Below, one piece after another: positions 1-11,086 of a DNA stretch of 64,000 bases (position 1 is its first letter; the number at the start of each line of letters is the position of its first letter). The notes under the pieces are model-generated. The model did no database searches, was not told the DNA's origin, and saw only the letters and a list, made by a program, of their open reading frames with translations. The position numbers and the translations under genes are program-made. Source of the stretch: Geosiphon pyriformis uo1 (lineage: Eukaryota; Fungi; Glomeromycota); assembly GCA_016748015.1 (NCBI GenBank), contig JAAOMT010000439.1:908888-972887 (forward strand). The letters are read 5' to 3'.

Positions 1-1803
1 ACGAAAAATAACTCTCTACTTGGTTGGGGTTATCGTTGTTGCGAGTGACTAATAGTGAAACTCCCAATCACGTTTCTACTTGGTTGACGAGCATTAGGTT
101 AAGTTACTACTTACTCATTATTGGTTGCGTCGTTTATTCTTTGGATTTTAGTGGCAACGAAAAATAACTCTCTACTTGGTTGGGGTTATCGTTGTTGCGA
201 GTGACTAATAGTGAAACTCCCAATCACGTTTCTACTTGGTTGACGAGCATTAGGTTAAGTTACTACTTACTCATTATTGGTTGCGTCGTTTATTCTTTGG
301 ATTTTAGTGGCAACGAAAAATAACTCTCTACTTGGTTGGGGTTATCGTTGTTGCGAGTGACTAATAGTGAAACTCCCAATCACGTTTCTACTTGGTTGAC
401 GAGCATTAGGTTAAGTTACTACTTACTCATTATTGGTTGCGTCGTTTATTCTTTGGATTTTAGTGGCAACGAAAAATAACTCTCTACTTGGTTGGGGTTA
501 TCGTTGTTGCGAGTGACTAATAGTGAAACTCCCAATCACGTTTCTACTTGGTTGACGAGCATTAGGTTAAGTTACTACTTACTCATTATTGGTTGCGTCG
601 TTTATTCTTTGGATTTTAGTGGCAACGAAAAATAACTCTCTACTTGGTTGGGGTTATCGTTGTTGCGAGTGACTAATAGTGAAACTCCCAATCACGTTTC
701 TACTTGGTTGACGAGCATTAGGTTAAGTTACTACTTACTCATTATTGGTTGCGTCGTTTATTCTTTGGATTTTAGTGGCAACGAAAAATAACTCTCTACT
801 TGGTTGGGGTTATCGTTGTTGCGAGTGACTAATAGTGAAACTCCCAATCACGTTTCTACTTGGTTGACGAGCATTAGGTTAAGTTACTACTTACTCATTA
901 TTGGTTGCGTCGTTTATTCTTTGGATTTTAGTGGCAACGAAAAATAACTCTCTACTTGGTTGGGGTTATCGTTGTTGCGAGTGACTAATAGTGAAACTCC
1001 CAATCACGTTTCTACTTGGTTGACGAGCATTAGGTTAAGTTACTACTTACTCATTATTGGTTGCGTCGTTTATTCTTTGGATTTTAGTGGCAACGAAAAA
1101 TAACTCTCTACTTGGTTGGGGTTATCGTTGTTGCGAGTGACTAATAGTGAAACTCCCAATCACGTTTCTACTTGGTTGACGAGCATTAGGTTAAGTTACT
1201 ACTTACTCATTATTGGTTGCGTCGTTTATTCTTTGGATTTTAGTGGCAACGAAAAATAACTCTCTACTTGGTTGGGGTTATCGTTGTTGCGAGTGACTAA
1301 TAGTGAAACTCCCAATCACGTTTCTACTTGGTTGACGAGCATTAGGTTAAGTTACTACTTACTCATTATTGGTTGCGTCGTTTATTCTTTGGATTTTAGT
1401 GGCAACGAAAAATAACTCTCTACTTGGTTGGGGTTATCGTTGTTGCGAGTGACTAATAGTGAAACTCCCAATCACGTTTCTACTTGGTTGACGAGCATTA
1501 GGTTAAGTTACTACTTACTCATTATTGGTTGCGTCGTTTATTCTTTGGATTTTAGCGGCAACGAAAAATAACTCTCTACTTGGTTGGGGTTATCGTTGTT
1601 GCGAGTGACTAATAGTGAAACTCCCAATCACGTTTCTACTTGGTTGACGAGCATTAGGTTAAGTTACTACTTACTCATTATTGGTTGCGTCGTTTATTCT
1701 TTGGATTTTAGTGGCAACGAAAAATAACTCTCTACTTGGTTGGGGTTATCGTTGTTGCGAGTGACTAATAGTGAAACTCCCAATCACGTTTCTACTTGGT
1801 TGG
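1..1803. repeat. Tandem array of a 156-bp unit: 11 full copies plus about half a copy, running off the left edge of the window
   Basis: The unit ACGAAAAATAACTCTCTACTTGGTTG...GGATTTTAGTGGCA restarts at 1, 157, 313 ... 781 ... 1561, 1717. The only difference I found among full copies is T>C at 1556. There are internal sub-repeats (TCTACTTGGTTG twice, ATTGGTTG) and no unique spacers. Confidence 0.98.
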
Positions 1804-1825
1804 GAGCATTAAGTTTAATTCTGCT

Positions 1826-2680
1826 ACCAACAAGATTAGTCGTGCTTACTGGAACAATCTGATTCTCAGACGTGAAGAAGTGGATGTGAATCGAATACAA
1901 ATTCGACGGCTAGGACTCAATACTCGAAGCAATTCTAATCGTTAGTAATATCAAATTACAGATGGAAACGGAGATAATTGTAAACAAAGAAGGTGTGCAA
2001 ACCCTCGGAGTATCAGTCCATGTCAACGGGAAAAAAATTCGTTAAAGGGTAATTATACAACGATCATATCGGCACCGAACATAACAAGAAAGAATCTGCA
2101 ATCCGTGGCTGTTCTTATAAATTTATATACCCGCCCCCCCTTTTTTTTGCATAGATCGATAACGAGATCGAACACAGCTCAAAGTGGTGTGAAACCAGGC
2201 ATCCTGCAGAGCAAATTGTAAGATATATTTAATATCTTCTCCCCACGTTTTTATTCAATATTCAGAGTAACTGTGAATATTTACTTTTTTGCAAGGCACA
2301 GCGACTCTGTTGGCCATGATATAGATTCGCCTGATGAACGGACTATAGAGATGAACATCTCACTCATTCCTCAGCGGGCTGCTCCAACCTGGATAACTGA
2401 CGCATGCCAAACCATAGAAAAAATACGGAAAATGAATGATGGTGACGAAAGGTACCAGAATTATATAATCTAAGGTTGTTTATCTTCTTAATGTTTTGTT
2501 GATAGTCTATTTTTCTAATCCTATATGGTGGCGAATTCTGGACGTTCGTCCTATGACCAACCGACTCGGTTCTGCTAACAAAAGGTCAAAGGAATTCGTA
2601 ACGGAAGATGCTTGCACCTTCAAAGTTCATCTCACGATGAAGTGCCATAGACGAGGCAACGGGTAGTTTTGAGCTTGTTT
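1826..2680 (+). pseudogene. Fragment of a multi-exon gene of unknown function, paralogous to 40960-42080
   Basis: Colinear high similarity to 40961-42080, for example GTCGTGCTTACTGGAACAA, GAATCGAATACAAATTCGACGGCTAGGACTC and CCTATATGGTGGCGAATTCTGGAC. It lacks roughly 270 bp present at about 41425-41690. ORF 2273-2473 is one piece of it. Confidence 0.7.
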
Positions 2681-2779
2681 CTGTATAGCACTTTGTTTCT
2701 GTTAAGACAGTTTCTTCTCGAACTGAAGGGTTGACAGATTTGCAATATCAGCTAGAAAACAGATTTTTGGAGCCATTTT

Positions 2780-4335
2780 GAATAGTAAAACTTGGTTCTA
2801 AATTTTTTGATTGATTTTTAAAATGTATTGTTAATACAAAAAAATAGAAATAATAGTATTAATATAAATAAATTCTATCTTGTTATTAATGTTTTTTACG
2901 AAATTAACTTGTATATTTCTTTTTCTACTTGACCTAAATCATTGAATTTTTCGAATAGTAAAACCTAATTTTTATTACATAGTTACTGAAATTAGTTAAA
3001 AAATCTTTGTAAAAAATAAAAAAATAATTTATGCAATCTTTTTTTGGGATTTAATTATTAAAATTGTTTTGAAGTATTATAATTATATTCTCAATATATT
3101 TAGCATTGATTATTTCTTTTTTAACATTAATTTTTTTGTTTACAAAACTAAACTGAAATGCAATTTAGATCATGCTACTAATGAAAATTTTTAAAGCTAA
3201 TTTCAGATTTATTTTTATAAGAGAATAGAGTATTATAACTATGAGAAAATATTCAAAATATCTTAAATTAAATCCAGTATCATTTATATGTGCTTTTTTT
3301 AAGCATATTTTTTTATTATTGTTGTTGTACCACTTTAATTCTAATTTTTTAAAAAAATTAAAATAAATAAAATACTGTTTTATTTTGGTAGTTATATTTG
3401 ACTTTTAAAATATTATGTTTTTTATTGCTAATACATACTTTTTTTTGGGTTTTTTGAGTTTAAAGATAAGATAAAGTGTTTATTAAAATAAATTAAACAA
3501 GAAATCATATTCATTATAATACTAAAAATAACAAAAAATCAAACAATGATTGCATAATTTTATATTAAAATTGGCAATCTTTGTTTTTGTTTTTTTTGAA
3601 TAAAAACAAGTTCTTAATATTGGTTTTAAAATGCTTTAAATCATTAGTAAATAGATTATCTATCTTTTTTATAGTTATTGAAGCATTTTTTATAATATGT
3701 TTTTTTTTAATTATGATATTTTCTTACTTTATAATAGCTATTTTCCAAAGATTTTTTTTATTTTAGAGGTATAAATTCAGTTAGTTTATTGTTTGATTAT
3801 AAACTACAGCAAATAAAGTTTTTTTTTCAGAATTTGTTGTATGTTTTTTTTTGTTAGAAACATTATTCTATAATTTTTTATCTAATAAAATTTTATTACA
3901 TGTAAAACATAGCATATTGTCTTATTTGTTTTGTTATTTTGGTTGTTTAAATTATTTTAATATACAAAAATAACAATAATATTTGATGAAAGTTGGCTAT
4001 ACTTTATTGTTTTTAATATATACACTCATTAAAAATAACTTTTTTTTTACAATTAACACAAATTAATTTTAGAAATCAATATTGTTAATTTCTTTAATTT
4101 AGAATTGATAAACTAATATTAATGTCTGAAGTTTTTTGTTATTTTTTTTTTTGTTTGTTTTTTTTATATAAAAAGTAATAATAGTTTTGTTCTGAAATTA
4201 TCAGCCCAAAAAACTTGATAAGTTTCTAAAGTTGGCTAAAAAATAGATTCTTTAAATTTAATTAGAAGTTGTTTTAGAACTGTTGTTTTAAAATATTTAT
4301 ATGTGGCAAATTTTCTATAAGAGCTTAATACTAAG
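2780..4335 (-). mobile_element. Heavily decayed Ty3/Gypsy relic, downstream part (end of protease, Cys-rich region, dUTPase)
   Basis: The minus strand reads KAT*Y*AL (cf. EATQYQAL), DNMLCFTCNKILL, KLCNHCLIFCYF, then HINDTGFNLRY...KINLKLALKI...EIINAKYIENIIIILQN...KKIA*II...LGFTIRKIQ*FRSS. This is colinear with the PR/Cys/dUTPase region of element A. Confidence 0.75.
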
Positions 4336-4480
4336 TGGCTTTTATTTTATTTTTTTTATTAATTTAATGAGTGCAGCCTAACTACTATCTAACATACAGA
4401 AACAAACAAGATAAATCAAACTAAACATGACTCATGTGCTTTCTATATGTGATTAACCACTTGGGCCAATTAAGACAGCA

Positions 4481-7400
4481 TTACACACTCACAAAGACTC
4501 CATTACTATTATCCAGCCCCAAAAAGAACAAACACCAACTTCTAAAACCAAAACTAACAGCAAAAGACTTAATTATACTAAGCATGCAAACTACACTCTT
4601 AAATAACAGACTAGACAAACCATGTAGAGGAACAAAAAATTCACCCATGTCACAAACCAAACCACTTTTTTTCATGTCAACCCTAAATTTAGATTTCAAC
4701 AACCATGTTCTACAATGATAACTCTCAGTTAAATGACATACAAAATCAATAACAATAAGAATAGCACTCTTTCTATCACCAAAGACAGCAACGATCTCTC
4801 TAACCCAATTAATGAAAACAAAACCTTTCCATAACTTCATATACACATTTCTATCTAAGACCTCTGTGAGAGCAAGAAGCACTAAAGATGAAACTGAAAG
4901 ACGATTGCCCACCAAAGACTTCTACAAGTTGACATGGCCGGAAATAACTTCAGAGCACACTACCAAGTCAGCAGAGCACATAAAAGCATGTTTAGAGAAT
5001 TCAACTTCCCCACACATTAAGCACAAAACACTCGGGTAGCACTTGTCACACAGTCTTTTTCGAACAGCTACTGGCAACCTTTTATGCACAGCCTTTATTA
5101 GATAAGTACACAATGCAGCTGAATTTCTACTAGTAAAATCTGCCAACATATGAGAGTCTGGGTGCCAAACAGAGGCAGTACACTCTCAGTTAATACGCCT
5201 GATATCCGAACTGTCCAAAACATTCACCCCAGGCCCAGCTTCCTATAAAGCCTAGTTTACAGCATAATATATATCACTAACAAAATGCCTAGCATTACCA
5301 GAAATGGCAAAACCATCTGCCATGAAGAATCTATCAGAAATGCTAACTGGAAAAGCTAAATTGAAATGTGCTGTGGCACGAGCAAAAGCATCTGTGTGAT
5401 CATTGCCCATGATGTTCGAATGTTTTTTTACCTTAACCCATCTCACTGAAATGTCTTTTGATCTGATTAAATTAAAAATATGACATCTTTCCATCCAGCA
5501 ATGATTACAAAAGTCGGATTGGCATAATTTACTTTCCAACACACAGACATCCAAAGCCACTTGATTATTCAAATGAAGCACCACAGAGCATGATGAAGGA
5601 ATGCACTTCAATGCCAAGACAATTGTCTGAAGCTCAGCTAAAATAGACAACAACAAATCCTGAACTCTTACACTCACACCCATACCAACTTTAGAAAAAA
5701 AAGCTGCTGTCCCACAAGCCACTTTGTCTGTACCCAGATCACTTAATAAACTATCAGTATACACATTCAGTTCCTTAGTCCAGACTTCATGCAAATGCTT
5801 ATAAATGCACAAATAATCATTTGAATGAAAAAATTCAGAGCAGCTTGCTCCAGTTTTACTTATTCCAGAACTTGCCAAAAAGCCATTCACATGCACAAAA
5901 GCTCTTGTAAACCATGAAGGCACTGGGCCCCTAAGACTCAACCTTTTTCAACACTGAAAAATCTTCCAATCCATGACCTGATCATGCTTGGTAATTAGAA
6001 CATCTCCAAAAACAATGCCAAAGCACTTCAAGGAATACATCACGTCAAAATAATCATCAGCTCCAAGGATTCTAAACATCGGAAAACGATTGGTACCATG
6101 AAATGCACAAGATATATAATTGAACAAAAAAATGTTTGTATCAATAAAGATCCTTACAACACCTGCCAGGAAGTTATTCAAGGAACACACTCTTAGTTTG
6201 ACTGAATAGCTCAGAGAATGAAGTGGAGCCCACCCTAAAACTTGCAAATCCAAAGCACGGTGCACAAACAAATGACCAAAAATCCCAGATGCATTAGAAA
6301 AACCAATTACTGAGACAATTTTGGACTTAGCTTGCATTTGCTTAAAAGACTTCAGACTATACAATAATAAATGATGTAAAGCTTTATTAAGAAAGTTTTT
6401 TGGCAACAAAGCCTTAAACCTGAGACCCTTTTTGACCAGAACATCTCACCTTTGACACATCCTTTTATTAACAAAACTAAACTAAGTGCGATAACAGATA
6501 ATAGGCTGAAGGACTGCCGAAACCAAATAAGAGAACTGCTTATCCGATATAGCCTTCCTGAAGACCATATTAGAAAAAAACCTAACATCTACATGAGTCT
6601 TAGCAAAACTTGGCTTAAACAGACCCTTTGTTAACAAAAAAATACCCAAGTATCTATAAGACTTATCACCCTTTGCTATGGAAATAGGTCTATCACTAAT
6701 TAACAAGAAATCATTAGCTACTTTTAGATTGATGAGAATGGCCACAGTCTTGTTATTATTTATCAAAATGTCATTGATCTCGAAAAATTTACTTGCAATA
6801 TTTAAAATATACTGTGTCAAAGCCTAACCATTCTCCACCCAAATCATGTCATTAACAAAAACACCAGCTGCAAAGAAAAAAGATTTACTACCACTAGATT
6901 CAACTCTGCCAGACTTTGCAATAAAATTCAAAATGATTTTATATCTACACAAGTGTTCTTGTTTTTTGACTTCACACAACAAAGGGTTATAGAAAATCCT
7001 CCATAGAAGCAGAAAGAACATCTCACCCTGGTCCAACCCATTATGGAGCACATATCCATCCGAAAGACCAAAGTTGGTCATAATCTTATTGACCCAGTTG
7101 TTATGAATATTGCCAAAAAATTTTATGAAGTCACCACACATTTTGATTTGCTCCAAACTGGACCTTAGATAATGCCAACCAACTGAATCATATGCTTTCC
7201 ACATATCCTGTAAGACCAACCAAATTTCACAACCTTTTTCCAAAGCATCTTTGACTATTGAGCCAACAGCAAAAATGGAAGACTGAATTGAAGTGTCTTT
7301 CAAGACTGAGAAGTTGTTATTACACAGAACACCAAATTTGCTGCATGCAAATGAAATATGATCTGACAAAACCTTGGACAAAATCTTTTTAGCAGTCTCA

Positions 7401-9144
7401 ATAAGTGCAATCGGTCTGGTGTTTGTTAGAATCTCATCTCAGTCATACAGCTTGGGGATCATAGATACCCATGCTCTCTTCCAAGAAACAGGAACATCAC
7501 CAATCTTTAAACAAAAGTTCAATAAATCCAGAAGACAAACCATCACACCATTATCACTATGCTTCCACAACTCATTGGATATGCCAGAAAGACCAGTGGC
7601 TTTGCCATTGGACAATTTGCTAACCATTAAAGACAATTTGTCCAAACTAATTTCACACATTACTTCCAAAAAAACATCATTACCTACATGAGCCAAGAGG
7701 GCATATTGATGAGCCCATATGCCAGGTAAAACCAGACAACACTTTCTTTTGTGAGTTCAGTCTACTATAATCTTATCAACTTTGGATCTAACTTCCTCTG
7801 GTTTGAGAATCAGCTCATCCCCAATTACCAAATAGTCCAGAACAATTTTATGAAATGGCCGTTCCAAGATGCTTCTAATTATGCCACTCTTATTCAAGTT
7901 AAAATTTTTCATATGCTTATCAATTACATCTTTAATACATTCACTTTTGGCAAGTTTAGCTTCATAGTATTTGGACTTTCAATACTCTTTCTTAATTTTT
8001 GACAAATGATCATGCAAAGCATCCAATTTCGAGCTGTTTTAGAGCATAACTGTAAACTTAAAAGCCTCAACATTGTCCAAAATCACCCAGACTTGCACAA
8101 GGCAATCAAACTTAGACATATGACCTGAACATAGGCACTTTAAAACTTTTGCAACCAAAGATTCCAATCTAAAAAACCTTGAAGACTGCTTATTTCTTGG
8201 ACCATCAAATTTGCAAAACCAATGTTTAGAAAACACTTCATTTGCTAAACCACAGACTGCATTTTTCAGGACCTCCCATTCTCCTTTGTGACCAAAAAAA
8301 AATCTAAAGACAAAACTAAAGCAGCTAAAGAAAGTTTCTTGAAACACATCCATTTAGCTGTATCCACATTCTTGATCCCAAATTTCCATCAGTCTCTGTT
8401 AGCTTGTTTACAAATATTATTCAAACAGGCATCTACCAAGCCCCCTAACCCTAATGAGACACCAACCATGTTATGATTGGTATCAAAAAAACCAGACACT
8501 GAAGCAGCCTCTTGCCCGACCACAGTCAAGACCAGATTTTCACTTATAAAAATCTAGTTGATAATTTTGTTGATCCTTCATGAGTTGCTTCAAGTACTTA
8601 GTTTGTGCACAGGAGATCCACCCAATGAGTTGACCAAACCCAAGTCTGAGCACTTCTTAAAACTGACATACTTCTTGGTCCTATCTTCATTGAAATCACC
8701 ACAAAGCACCATAAAAGAGCTCATATTTACAGTCTTGAAGATGAGCAAGTTGATGCCAGAAGCTTGAGCAAATCTCATCTTAGTTGAAACACCAGCATAC
8801 AAACCCAAAAACATCACTGAAAGCTTATTTTTAAACAACAAGTGAACAGAAACAATCCTGCCAGGAACTTCCTCAACCTTCGAAACATGGTAAGCCAAAG
8901 AGCCACACATCACAATAGCCATGCCCACACCAACATAACCCTTTTTTAGACCAGAAGTGAAGATCCTAACTTCTTCAAACTTGTCCTTTATCCAAGACCC
9001 AACATTTGATTTTAACTTAGTTTTAGTAAGAACAGAAACCATGTTATCAGATTCCAAATGCTACTTAATAATGTTCTCCTGTTTTGCTAAATTCATCATA
9101 CCTTTGACATTACATGTGGCAATCTTCCACACAGTACTGGTCAT
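4481..9144 (-). pseudogene. LINE copy 1 ORF2: apurinic-like endonuclease, reverse transcriptase, RNase H, C-terminal zinc finger
   Basis: MTSTVWKIATCNVKG...LTKTKL...CGDFNE (APE); KAYDSVGW, GLDQGE, FVNDMIW (RT); VYTDS, AELQ, WVKVKKHSNIMGNDHTD (RNase H); CLMCGEVEFSKHAFMC (zinc finger). Many in-frame stops. Confidence 0.92.
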
Positions 9145-10930
9145 TGGGAAGGTCAATCAATAGGAACCATACCAGTATTGTTCATTTTAGCTAAAAGACC
9201 CAAACCATAATTGCAAGATTTCTCAAAGTATTCTCTATTTTCCCAATAACAAAATTGTCAAAAATTACTGCCTCCACAATAGTTTCACCACTAGTGGCCA
9301 CATTCAAACCCTTACTCATCACTATATCTGCTCCTTGATTCTGTGATGAAGGGGTCACCAATGGCTGACATCTAGGGCCAAGCTGAGAAACCATTGACAC
9401 AAGTGTAGCCAACCTCTTAGCTAGCATATTGACATTCTCTGTGAGGCTGGCAAGACTGTGCTCAAGAGCAGCAAACCTATCATTAATTTCTACAGCAGCT
9501 GTTAAGAAGAGCTTTATCTTCGAAGAGGAGCCAACATTCTCTAAAACAATTCAGTCAGAAAGAGAAGAAAAAGAAGACCCACTTGTAACCTTTGCACAAG
9601 AGAGACCACCAAAAGAAACAGAACGAGGAACTGGTGCAGAATGTTTGGCATATATTGCAGCCAGCCTGCTTTTATCTGAATTTGAAAGCACTTTGCAGAA
9701 TGAACCACTGGAAGAAACTTTTTTACTCTTGGCACAGCTCAATGATGTATGATCTAACTTTTCACACTTGGCACATCTGGTAGAAACAAAACTAGACCAA
9801 CGTAAATTAGAGCCTCTAAGCACCAGTGTGGTTTTTATGACAGCATTTAAGGATTCAGCAGAATCGAAGCAAACAACAGCACACCTGACCTAAGCATATG
9901 TAACCAGATGGCAATTGATGACACAAGTTTTTCTACCCACAAATCAAACAAAGTTCCAAATATCATGAGCATTAGTTTCTATTGACAATATATAAAACAG
10001 CACTCTATGATGATCTCTTTTATCTCATAATTTTTTGTTTAGATCAGCTCTGGCAACATGTATAACATCTTTCTCAATTAGAATAGACCGCTCAGCTGTG
10101 ACCAAATCAGCTTGATTTGATTGCTCAAATTCTACCAAAGCTTTTTGCCACAGCTCCACTAACTGTATCTTGATCGACTTAATAATTCCAAATTCAGACA
10201 ATGCAGCATATACAGTCTCAGCTAATATACCAACTGGAATTTTCTTTACTACTACAGCCCAATCTGAGCAACTAGCAGATTACTTGAGATTGGTGTTTAC
10301 TAAAATGTCCACTGCTCTTGTCTTTTCTGTAGCCTGCACCAAGCTAGCTTCAGAAGTGAAGGAAGCATGAATGATCTCAGAAAATTTTGAGGGGACAGAG
10401 GCCCTCCCAAAACCATTAACTCTTGAAAACAATCTTCTAACCACCATGAGCTTCTCCTGGAAGGATTTCTCAACCACTTTATCCAATCCAATATCCAGAG
10501 CAAAAGACTTTCTAACAGAAACAAGAACCAAATTTTTTAAGGAAGAGGGAAGCTTTAAGAAGGCATCTAAGAGAACATTGTCATCAACATCAAGATTTGA
10601 GAAGTTTATTTTTTTTAATGGCTTGCCCAAAGCTGTTTTAGTTATAGTGCCTGGCTCTTTAGGTGTCTGATCATGCTTTTCATCAGCAATAGCGCCATTC
10701 TCACCATAGTCAAAGCTAGTTTCCTCCACTAGACACTCCTTTTCCATATTGATACTCTCTGACTCAGTAATGTCACCAGTCTCAGAACTCCAAGAATGAC
10801 CACCAGACACCTTAGCTAGAACCCTTTTGCCATCAACACCCTTATCCAAAGCAACACCTTTTCTCTTTTTTCTTGACAACACAAATTTAAAACCATCACC
10901 AGAACCAAACTTTTCAGCAATCTTCTTCAT
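9141..10930 (-). pseudogene. LINE copy 1 ORF1: gag-like nucleic-acid-binding protein
   Basis: ORF fragments 10280-10930, 9551-9823 and 9191-9427. CX2CX4HX4C knuckle CAKCEKLDHTSLSC. Homologous to ORF1 of LINE copy 2. The true start may lie slightly further upstream. Confidence 0.85.
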
Positions 10931-11086
10931 GATGGCAATACTAGAGCCAATAATGGCCTCGAAATCAAAAAACAGTTTGGTTTTATCATACTGAATTATG
11001 AAAAAAAACTACTTTCAAAAAACTATATGACTCTTTTTGGGAATTTGGAATAAATGAGAGAAAGAAGTTTTTTTACTGGTTTTTAT

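Larger units (their letters stand above)
4346..11076 (-). mobile_element. Full-length LINE-type non-LTR retrotransposon (copy 1), inactivated
   Basis: ORF1 plus ORF2 (APE-RT-RNase H-Cys/His), with a poly(A) tail read as a T-rich tract at 4346-4360. TSD TGGCTTTTAT (4336-4345) / TGGTTTTTAT (11077-11086). The flanks rejoin a Gypsy protease reading KVFII-KAT. Confidence 0.93.

Noticed and set aside
1-1803. CRISPR array or telomeric repeat
   Set aside because: The units are identical end to end with no unique spacers, there are no cas genes, and the context is eukaryotic. The unit is not a short telomere motif.
4434-10670. Plus-strand ORFs over LINE copy 1 (likewise over 33-39 kb, and minus-strand ORFs over element A)
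   Set aside because: These are antisense shadows of TE coding sequence with no recognisable motifs.
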